64,000 nt of DNA. It comes from a virus (taxonomy: Duplodnaviria; Heunggongvirae; Uroviricota; Caudoviricetes). Shown piece by piece: positions 56,920 through 64,000 of the stretch; the first letter of the stretch is position 1, and the number at the start of each line of letters is the position of its first letter. Position numbers and translations under genes: made by a program. The stretch is taken from IMG/VR virus record IMGVR_UViG_3300045049_000270. One strand, written 5' to 3'. The notes under the pieces are model-generated. The model ran no database searches and was not told the DNA's origin. It was given only the letters and a program-made list of their open reading frames with translations.

Positions 56920-56948
56920 TTGACGCCGCTCATATGGTGTACTAGACT
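56920..56948 (+). promoter_or_regulatory. Putative sigma70 (early) promoter
   Basis: TTGACG-N17-TAGACT ahead of a non-structural gene block. Confidence 0.7.
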
Positions 56949-56978
56949 TGCGCATCTAATCACTTGAGAAGGTGCGCG

Positions 56979-57365
56979 ATGTCAGATGAAGCGAATGACT
57001 ATCTCCAGATGACCGAAGGTTCAGTAACTGGTTCAACTTACACTCCGCTTTCAGACGAAGAAGTTACGAAGCTTGCAAAAGCAATGTATCGTAATGAGGT
57101 GTTCTTCAGTTTCATGATTCCCGAGAATCAGCGAATACGGATGATTCCGATGGTGTTCATGGTTGTGCTCTTTATGGATGACATAACAAAGAAACAGCTA
57201 GTAGCAAACGAAATTGATGTGTTTTACGAATACATGTCTGAAGCTGGCCCTCGGGGAATTAACGGATATCCTACGTTTTTCTCCTGTCGCTCGATGACTC
57301 GTAATGACGGTAATCGAGTCATCAACAAATATAATGAAATCCGCAGACTTCTGGGAGATGATTAA
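56979..57365 (+). CDS. Hypothetical protein
   Basis: YEYMSEAGPRGINGYPTFFS; ATG at 56979 after GAAGG. Confidence 0.75.
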   Translation: MSDEANDYLQMTEGSVTGSTYTPLSDEEVTKLAKAMYRNEVFFSFMIPENQRIRMIPMVFMVVLFMDDITKKQLVANEIDVFYEYMSEAGPRGINGYPTFFSCRSMTRNDGNRVINKYNEIRRLLGDD

Positions 57366-57628
57366 TGGCTGATTCGCTTACCGAAGAACAATGGAGGGCA
57401 TTAAAACCACCGTTTCACTGGATGAAGGTAAGGAAGACTTCATGGCCTAGTTTTGTTTTTGAAATGGCAGAAAAACATCTGTACACTCTTACGTCCGGTT
57501 GGTGGTACCACGGTCTGGAAACAAACGATTATCATCTATTCGTATTTGAACGAGCAGAGGACATGGTAGCGTTCAAACTGTGGATTGCCTCCGATCCGTT
57601 CAAAGAGGAATATGGAGAAATTGAGTAA
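57365..57628 (+). CDS. Hypothetical protein
   Basis: 87 aa; FVFERAEDMVAFKLW motif. Confidence 0.75.
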   Translation: MADSLTEEQWRALKPPFHWMKVRKTSWPSFVFEMAEKHLYTLTSGWWYHGLETNDYHLFVFERAEDMVAFKLWIASDPFKEEYGEIE

Positions 57629-58184
57629 GCGAGTTTTTAAGGTAAAGCATAAACAGACCTCTGAATATTGGCATGGACATGGCAGCGTTTTTGGTTTGCA
57701 GGGTAAGGTTTTTCATTCAGCCTTAGATGCTGCTCATGATATCGATCTTGCTAGAATTAGATTAGAAAGTAATCAAGGTCATCGAAATCGTGTCCAAAAC
57801 ACACTGGCAAATCTAGTCATTATCGAAGAAGTAAATCCAGAAAATCACTCAGAAACTATTAACTTCATTAAAACTGAAGATGCAATCGCAGCAATGCGAT
57901 TACAAAATGCCATTAAAGCCAAATACGGATATCCATTTTTGTGTTTATGGCTCAAAGTCACTAGTAAGCCAGAATATGAAAATGCGAAATATCTGGTGAA
58001 AATCAGCAATAATTATAAAGGATTCAGGGAACGCTTGAAAGAGTTAGGTTGTAGTTCAAGAACGTACAAGAAACTTGGTGATTGGCTTGTCATTTTTGAC
58101 GATGACGCAGCACTACGAATTAAGCTTCTTGACGGATATGACCAATTCATTGCACTTGAGACGTTTATTGAAGATCTAATCTGA
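57611..58184 (+). CDS. Hypothetical protein
   Basis: ATG at 57611 after GAGG RBS; IFDDDAALRIKLL near the C-terminus. Confidence 0.7.
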
Positions 58185-58236
58185 AAAGCAGTATCATAAA
58201 ACCAATTTCCCATAAAAAATAATAAAAAGGGAGCAT

Positions 58237-58878
58237 ATGAAAATAATTGGTTTCGTGGGCTTCAAAGGCTCTGGAAAGGATACTGCATCACAACCCTTAA
58301 TAGAACAAGGGTATCAACGGACCTCATTTGCTAGTGTACTCAAGGATTGTTGCTCGGCCATATTTGGTTGGGATCGTCAAATGCTTGAAGGCACTGACGT
58401 CGAGAGTCGTTTAAAACGAGAAGAAACAGATTTATGGTGGGCTGAAAGGCTGAAACGTCCCGGCTTCAGCCCACGTCGAGCATTTCAAATCTTTGGGACA
58501 GATATAGTCAGAAATCATTTTGATGATAATATTTGGATTTACGCCGTAGAACGCCAAATCACACAAGCAGGTGGTGATTGGGTAATTACAGACTGTCGAT
58601 TTCCGAATGAGCTCAAACTTATCAAGGATTTAGGTGGCAAGGTGATTCGCGTCAAACGTGGCCCGGAACCAGAATGGTATGAACATGCGAAGCTGGCTAA
58701 TGTCAAAGAAGACCGAGATTTGGACAATCAAAAAGCAGAAGATCTAATGGCTACAGTCTACAAAAATGTTCATATTAGTGAATGGGCATGGATCGGCAGT
58801 CCGCTTATTGATCATACTATCGAAAATGATTCTGCCGCCGAGGAACTTCATTTGAAAGTGAAAAAGATTGTAGGGTAA
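58237..58878 (+). CDS. gp1: Deoxynucleoside monophosphate kinase
   Basis: IIGFVGFKGSGKDT P-loop; SFA..LK; PR..FQ.FGTD; VITDCRFPNE; HISE. Confidence 0.9.
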   Translation: MKIIGFVGFKGSGKDTASQPLIEQGYQRTSFASVLKDCCSAIFGWDRQMLEGTDVESRLKREETDLWWAERLKRPGFSPRRAFQIFGTDIVRNHFDDNIWIYAVERQITQAGGDWVITDCRFPNELKLIKDLGGKVIRVKRGPEPEWYEHAKLANVKEDRDLDNQKAEDLMATVYKNVHISEWAWIGSPLIDHTIENDSAAEELHLKVKKIVG

Positions 58879-58912
58879 TGAAATTACCAAATAGTAAAAG
58901 GCGAAACGCATA

Positions 58913-59488
58913 GTGACAACTGACAAACTATTCAAAGATCAGAATACTTGCATGTCTGGTGGAGCGGATGGCGCCGATCTCCAGTGGGGAATGTGTGCTG
59001 GTAAAGCAGGGCATCAAGTCATTCATTGGAGCTTTGACGGCCATAGATCACAAGCTCCAGCGCAAGAGTTAGTCAGAATTCCTGAAGATTTGCTTAAAGA
59101 AGCCGACGAACACTTGAAAGTAGCCAATAAAACACTGAAAAGAAAATTGCCCTTTCATAAACCATGGATTATCAATTTACTTCGTCGCAATTACTACCAG
59201 GTAGGTAACTCCCAGTCAGTTTATGCGGTTTCTACTTTAAAAGACGGCAAAGTTCAAGGTGGAACAGCTTGGGCTGTTCAAATGTATCTGGATTTGCACC
59301 CGGATAATCCTCAATGCTATGTATTTGATCAGGATGTAGAACAATGGTTTACGTGGTCCAATAACGAATGGACTGCAATAGAGACTCCTCCTCCCCCTAC
59401 TGGTGTTTGGGCAGGCGTGGGTACTCGTGACCTCAACCAAGCTGGCAAACAGGCTATACGCAAGCTTATGGGTTATACGCCTGATTAA
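58913..59488 (+). CDS. SLOG-superfamily (YspA/DprA-like) protein
   Basis: SGGADGAD, LLRRN, GGTAWAV and AGVGTR motifs. Confidence 0.65.
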   Translation: MTTDKLFKDQNTCMSGGADGADLQWGMCAGKAGHQVIHWSFDGHRSQAPAQELVRIPEDLLKEADEHLKVANKTLKRKLPFHKPWIINLLRRNYYQVGNSQSVYAVSTLKDGKVQGGTAWAVQMYLDLHPDNPQCYVFDQDVEQWFTWSNNEWTAIETPPPPTGVWAGVGTRDLNQAGKQAIRKLMGYTPD

Positions 59489-59532
59489 CAGCTAATTTAA
59501 TGTAGGAAATGCGCAGTTTCGGGTAACTCCAG

Positions 59533-59539
59533 ATAAATA
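59533..59539 (+). promoter_or_regulatory. Putative late promoter (ATAAATA)
   Basis: Upstream of the sheath gene and its GGAGG RBS. Confidence 0.6.
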
Positions 59540-59570
59540 CTCTACAAAAGTATTTTTGGAGGATACCCAT

Positions 59571-62459
59571 ATGGCAACATTGCTCAGTCCCGGCGTCGAC
59601 GTCGAGATTACAGACGAGTCATTCTATAATTCGTCTGGTAACGGTACCGTCCCTCTGATTGTTTTCGCAACAGCGGAAAATAAGGCTTCCCCAACAGGTA
59701 CAGGTATTGCTCCTGGTACTGTTCCGGGTACTGCTGGCCAGTTGTACAATATCTCCAGCCAGCGCGAGCTAATTCAGACATTCGGTAATCCACATTTCGA
59801 TTCAGTTCAAGGGACCACAGTTTATGGTTCCGAACTTAACGAATACGGTTTGCATGCAGCTTATCAATTCCTGGGTATCAGCAACAGCATTTATGCGCTG
59901 CGTGCTGATATCGACTTGGGCCAATTGCAACCAAACCAATCAGCACCAGTTGGTGCGCCAGTTAATGGTACATTCTGGTTTGACACAGCTGATACATTAT
60001 TTGGTGCATTCCAGAGTTCAGGTGCAACAAACACGTTGAATCCATTCAGCGTAAAGAATGTAACAGTTTTCTCCAGCACTACACAGTTGGATTCAAATGG
60101 TTACCCATTGGCAACCTTGGGTCAAGATGGTGATTTTGGTATTGTTACTGCCAATGCACCATTTATGATGTTTGAACGTATCAACACGAACAATGTCAGC
60201 GCTTGGTATCCAATTGGTTCCAAGGGTTGGACTTTGGCTAAGAATATTTTGCGTGGTTCAGCAGCGGTAGGTGCAGGCGGCATAACAGTTGCTCAAGGTG
60301 ACACCTTCTCAATTAATGGTGTTGCGGTCGTGGTTGGTACTGACACTTCGGCAGCTGGTATTACAACAGCAATCAACACGGCAATTGCTGCATCAAATCA
60401 ATCTGGTCTGATTACTGCATCATATGATTCAGCTGGTCGTATCATTCTTTCATACGCAGTTAACATGATTCTGGCTAATGTTGTTAATACACCATTGGCT
60501 TACTTGAATCTGGTAGCTGGTACTTATAACAGTGTTAAACTGACATTTGCTCCACACAACAAGATCCCACAAGGTAGCACCCAGGGTGATGTTTGGATTA
60601 AAACTACAACACCAAATCAAGGAGCCAATTACGTTGTTAAGCAATACAGCTCAACAACTGGATCATGGACAACTTTGACGGCCCCGTTGTATGACAACGA
60701 TGCAGATGCCAGCGCTGGTATTGGTGGTACTGTTCCAACTGGTTCAGTTTATGTTCAATATGATGCTGCTCCGTTGAACAATTATGCAACTGCTAGTTTC
60801 GATCTTCGTTATTACAACGGTTCGGCGTGGACAGATCTCGTTTTTGAACAAAGTGCAACTGCACCAACAACAGCACCAGCACAAGGTACATTGTGGTTCA
60901 ATAACGACTTCCAAGTTGATATTATGTACACCGATGGTGAATTGTGGCATGGTTACAAGAACCAATTTCCAAATACTGATCCAAATGGTGTAATTCTTTC
61001 TGGTTCAGCACCATTGTTGCAAACAGATGGTACATCATTGGTAGATCAAGACCTGTGGATTGATACGTCAGATCTTGAACACTATCCAAAGATTTACCGT
61101 TATGTAGCTGCGACTAAGACATGGACATTGCTCAATAACGCAGATCATACAACTCCATACGGTATTGTTTTTGCTGATGCACGCACAAATAGTGGTCCAG
61201 CTTATACTGGTTCTGGTACGAACTATAACTTCAACTCAGTTCTAGCAGCTGATATGCTGGTGTCAAACTATGTGGATCCTGATGCTCCTGATCCACGTAC
61301 ATATCCACTTGGAACATTGTTATTCAACACACGTTATTCAACATATAACGTGAAGAAGTGGGAACCAAACTGGTTCAACAAGGGTGGCTTCGAGACGGCA
61401 ACTGACTTCACACAAACATCATACAATGTGGGTGAAGCTACAGTCACATTTCCACCAGTAACAAATGCTGGTCGTTGGGTAACAGCTTCTGGAAACGATG
61501 TAACTGGCGCACCATACATGGGTCGTCATGCACAACGTCAGATGATTGTTCAAGCTTTGGCAGCACAATTCGCAAATAACCAGCAAATTCGCTCAGAAGT
61601 AGTTTTCTTCAACTTGATCGCTTGCCCAGGATACGTTGAATTGTTGAGCGAAATGGTTACTCTGAATAACGATTGTAAGGAAGTGGCTTTCATCGTTGGT
61701 GATACACCAGCACGTTTGACTCCAGATTCAACATCAATCTCACGTTGGGCGACAAACACAAACAACGTTGCGACTGATGGCGATAATGGTTTGGTGACAA
61801 AGAATCGTAACATTGGATTGTACTACCCATGGGGTTTCAGTACAAACATTGACGGTACTAACGTTGTAGTTCCACCATCAACGATTGCCTTGTACACCTA
61901 CGCATTTAACGATCAAATTGCTTACCCATGGTTTGCACCAGCAGGTTTCACACGTGGTTTAGTATCAAATGCGACTTCAGTTGGTTACTTGGATTCAACA
62001 AAGAATGATGAGTATGTTTCAGTTATTCTGAACCCGGGCCAACGCGATACTTTGTATACAAACAGCATCAACCCAATTGCATACATTCCAAATCGCGGTT
62101 TGGTAGTTTACGGCCAGAAGACTTTGGATCCGCTGTCACAAGCAACAGATCGTGTAAATGTGGCTCGCTTGTGTAACTACTTACAGTATCATTTGGATTT
62201 GGTTGCCAAGCCATTCTTGTTTGAACAAAATGATCAACAAACACGTGATGCGTTCCGAGTAGCGATTGAACGTTTCCTGAGTGGTCTAGTTGGTTTGCAA
62301 GCTCTGAATGACTTTGCTGTTGTTTGCGATACATCAAACAACACACCAGCTCGTATTGATGCAAATGAATTGTGGTGCGATATCTTTATCCAACCAATCA
62401 AATCAATTGAGTTCATCTACTTGCCAGTTCGTATACAGAACACTGGTGCAACACACTAA
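59571..62459 (+). CDS. gp18: Tail sheath protein with large insertion domains
   Basis: LLSPGVDV...DES; PWFAPAGFTRG; INPI..PNRG.VVYGQKT; DRVNVARL; FEQND; DF.VVCD.SNNT. Start at ATG 59571. Confidence 0.95.
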   Translation: MATLLSPGVDVEITDESFYNSSGNGTVPLIVFATAENKASPTGTGIAPGTVPGTAGQLYNISSQRELIQTFGNPHFDSVQGTTVYGSELNEYGLHAAYQFLGISNSIYALRADIDLGQLQPNQSAPVGAPVNGTFWFDTADTLFGAFQSSGATNTLNPFSVKNVTVFSSTTQLDSNGYPLATLGQDGDFGIVTANAPFMMFERINTNNVSAWYPIGSKGWTLAKNILRGSAAVGAGGITVAQGDTFSINGVAVVVGTDTSAAGITTAINTAIAASNQSGLITASYDSAGRIILSYAVNMILANVVNTPLAYLNLVAGTYNSVKLTFAPHNKIPQGSTQGDVWIKTTTPNQGANYVVKQYSSTTGSWTTLTAPLYDNDADASAGIGGTVPTGSVYVQYDAAPLNNYATASFDLRYYNGSAWTDLVFEQSATAPTTAPAQGTLWFNNDFQVDIMYTDGELWHGYKNQFPNTDPNGVILSGSAPLLQTDGTSLVDQDLWIDTSDLEHYPKIYRYVAATKTWTLLNNADHTTPYGIVFADARTNSGPAYTGSGTNYNFNSVLAADMLVSNYVDPDAPDPRTYPLGTLLFNTRYSTYNVKKWEPNWFNKGGFETATDFTQTSYNVGEATVTFPPVTNAGRWVTASGNDVTGAPYMGRHAQRQMIVQALAAQFANNQQIRSEVVFFNLIACPGYVELLSEMVTLNNDCKEVAFIVGDTPARLTPDSTSISRWATNTNNVATDGDNGLVTKNRNIGLYYPWGFSTNIDGTNVVVPPSTIALYTYAFNDQIAYPWFAPAGFTRGLVSNATSVGYLDSTKNDEYVSVILNPGQRDTLYTNSINPIAYIPNRGLVVYGQKTLDPLSQATDRVNVARLCNYLQYHLDLVAKPFLFEQNDQQTRDAFRVAIERFLSGLVGLQALNDFAVVCDTSNNTPARIDANELWCDIFIQPIKSIEFIYLPVRIQNTGATH

Positions 62460-62476
62460 GTAGTTGAATAATTAAC

Positions 62477-62512
62477 ATGGTTCTGCCAATTGTAAAAGAT
62501 TGGCAGAACCAT
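62477..62512. terminator. 14-bp hairpin after the sheath gene
   Basis: ATGGTTCTGCCAAT-tgtaaaag-ATTGGCAGAACCAT. Confidence 0.65.
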
Positions 62513-62525
62513 TACCATTGGAACT

Positions 62526-62864
62526 ATGAAAAAAGAAAGAAATTTCAAGATCCGCATTCATAATCTGGACTTAACTACCACTACATTTTTTGTAGCCGCC
62601 GAAGATCACGCCGAGGTATTCCGTAGATTTTCCGGCATCATTCGGAACAAAGGTTATGTGGAATCTCGATCCTACTGGCGTGGATATCACCAACAGATTA
62701 ATTTACATAATTATAATCGTATTGTAGCGATGAGTACCCGCCAGAATTGCAAAACCCGAACATATTATTTCATGCCAGTCAATACCCAAAAGTCAGCATT
62801 TCGACTATCATATTCAGATCGAGTAAAAATTGAAGTAGCCATGGAAGTCACAAAACTGAAATAA
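62526..62864 (+). CDS. Hypothetical basic protein
   Basis: 112-aa ORF between sheath and tube genes. Confidence 0.65.
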   Translation: MKKERNFKIRIHNLDLTTTTFFVAAEDHAEVFRRFSGIIRNKGYVESRSYWRGYHQQINLHNYNRIVAMSTRQNCKTRTYYFMPVNTQKSAFRLSYSDRVKIEVAMEVTKLK

Positions 62865-62867
62865 TAT

Positions 62868-62896
62868 TTGCTTGATTGCTTGTCAATTGTTACTAT
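62868..62896 (+). promoter_or_regulatory. Putative sigma70 promoter for candidate ncRNA C
   Basis: TTGCTT-N17-TACTAT. Confidence 0.6.
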
Positions 62897-62901
62897 CTAT
62901 G

Positions 62902-63138
62902 AAGCTGTAAAGCTAGTGGGCGAAGGGCTTCACTGTCCTGAACCTATAAAGTCTTCTACTGGTGACTAGGCTGCGTTTGGCAGAACGCACAATGGTAGGT
63001 CTCGATTAGCCTCGAGGGGTAGAAAGACATGTGTGAGTTTACACACTAAGTCCACTAGGGTATGTTCACGGTTAGTCTACCCGGCCTGCCCGACTAAGCT
63101 GCCCCAAGTGCGCAATTGGGGTAACCGTGAGCTTTTTT
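62902..63138 (+). ncRNA. Candidate structured ncRNA C (about 235 nt)
   Basis: Locally GC-rich; stems CTAGTGGGC/GTCCACTAG, GTCTTCTAC/GTAGAAAGAC, TGCGTTT/GAACGCA, GTGTG/CACAC and GTTCACGGTTA/TAACCGTGAGC, followed by T6. Confidence 0.65.
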
Positions 63139-63171
63139 CATCTAAATTAACTGCGTCTATATCGTTCTTCA

Positions 63172-63178
63172 ATAAATA
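63172..63178 (+). promoter_or_regulatory. Putative late promoter (ATAAATA)
   Basis: Upstream of the tube gene and its GGAGG RBS. Confidence 0.6.
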
Positions 63179-63209
63179 CGAGTTGGATATCCAACTTTGG
63201 AGGAACGAT

Positions 63210-63797
63210 ATGTCTTCTACACTTTCACGCTTTGGCGTACCATTGGGCGGCGGTGCCGGTCGTGGTGGTATTCTTCAGCCAAAGGTAAAGTACAAGTTCC
63301 GCGTTCGTGTAATTAACTTTGGACCACTACAAGGTGGTATGGAACTGTCACAACAGGTCATGTCTGTTGGTCGTCCAAAGCTTGCTCATGAACCTGTAGC
63401 TGTACACTCATACAATTCAACAATGTACTACCCTGGTAAGGGTCAGTACGAAGCCATCTCACTGAAAGTACGTGACGATGTTACCAACTCAGTGGCAACA
63501 CTAGTTGGTTATCAAGAACAAAAGCAATTGAATCACTTTGACCAGACAAGCGCATTGGCTGGTATCAATTACAAGTTCAATATGTATATTGAAACCCTGG
63601 ACGGTGGTGACGACACTGTTCTGGAACAATGGTACTTGGAAGGTTGCTTCTTGGCTAACGTTGAGTATGATGAATTTGAATACTCAAGCTCAGAAGTGAT
63701 GACAATCACAATGAGCATCCGTTATGATAACGCAACACAAAGCGGTGGCTTGATGCCAACAACAGTTCAATTGCTGACAGGCTCAATGCTCGGTTAA
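63210..63797 (+). CDS. gp19: Tail tube protein
   Basis: QPKVKYKFRV; Y.PGK..YE.I...VRDD; EQWYLEGCF..NV.Y....Y..SE...ITMSIRYDNA. Start at 63210 after GGAGG. Confidence 0.9.
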   Translation: MSSTLSRFGVPLGGGAGRGGILQPKVKYKFRVRVINFGPLQGGMELSQQVMSVGRPKLAHEPVAVHSYNSTMYYPGKGQYEAISLKVRDDVTNSVATLVGYQEQKQLNHFDQTSALAGINYKFNMYIETLDGGDDTVLEQWYLEGCFLANVEYDEFEYSSSEVMTITMSIRYDNATQSGGLMPTTVQLLTGSMLG

Positions 63798-63801
63798 TTG
63801 A

Positions 63802-64000
63802 ATGGCAACAAGATTTGATCAATTCGGCAATCCGGTCATTTGGGCCGGACCGAACGATGCGGCGACTGTTTTTGGGCAAAACCAACAGGCGTTTAGTGCA
63901 AATGCTCAGAGCTACGCGGGGACACCACGCCCCCGCTATTTGTTCATGGTGCGATTTGTTCGTGCAAGTGGATCTGGCAGTGCTAAATGGGCTGACGGGA
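63802..64000 (+). CDS. Probable second tail-tube-like protein (partial; absent from ORF track)
   Basis: MATRFDQFG...PRPRYLFMVRF parallels the tube N-terminus (LSRFG...PKVKYKFRVRV); frame open to the window end. Confidence 0.55.
   Translation, partial: MATRFDQFGNPVIWAGPNDAATVFGQNQQAFSANAQSYAGTPRPRYLFMVRFVRASGSGSAKWADG

Noticed and set aside
63033-63209. 59-aa N-terminal extension of the tail tube ORF in the track
   Set aside because: GTG start without RBS inside the structured region and upstream of the late promoter; ATG 63210 has GGAGG.
1-64000. tRNA or tmRNA genes, introns/inteins in core genes, and stop-codon reassignment
   Set aside because: No cloverleaf with a T-loop was seen in the intergenic gaps; core genes are uninterrupted; long standard-code ORFs tile the window. 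A tRNAscan-SE/ARAGORN run would be the formal check.

Overview
This window is part of a large T4-related myovirus (probably a jumbo phage) read in the standard genetic code. It holds most of the virion morphogenesis genes: baseplate gp5/gp6/gp25/gp53-like proteins, a 3605-aa wedge-like protein, tape measure, portal, prohead protease, scaffold, major capsid protein, neck gp13/14/15, sheath and tube. It also carries late sigma gp55, gp46/gp47, a resolvase, dNMP kinase and a glycosyltransferase plus radical-SAM cluster. Four things are not explained by the gene calls. (1) A bipartite element (conserved arm, variable hairpin, conserved arm) occurs five times at two oppositely oriented intergenic loci (22.75-22.9 kb and 53.48-53.76 kb). 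Each locus has about 1 kb of A/C-skewed sequence on its 5' side that overrides normal codon usage whichever way the gene runs. (2) Three ORF-poor, strongly base-paired intergenic regions (34.9, 50.45 and 62.9 kb) each sit behind a sigma70-type promoter and are candidate ncRNAs. (3) Two divergent arrays contain 16 highly diverged small paralogues that share a C-terminal helix motif, with a PTH2-like gene, one candidate ncRNA and a protease-inhibitor-like gene between them. (4) A probable programmed -1 frameshift joins the gp26-like and gp51-like genes. All product calls come from motifs read by eye and gene context; no database search was run.
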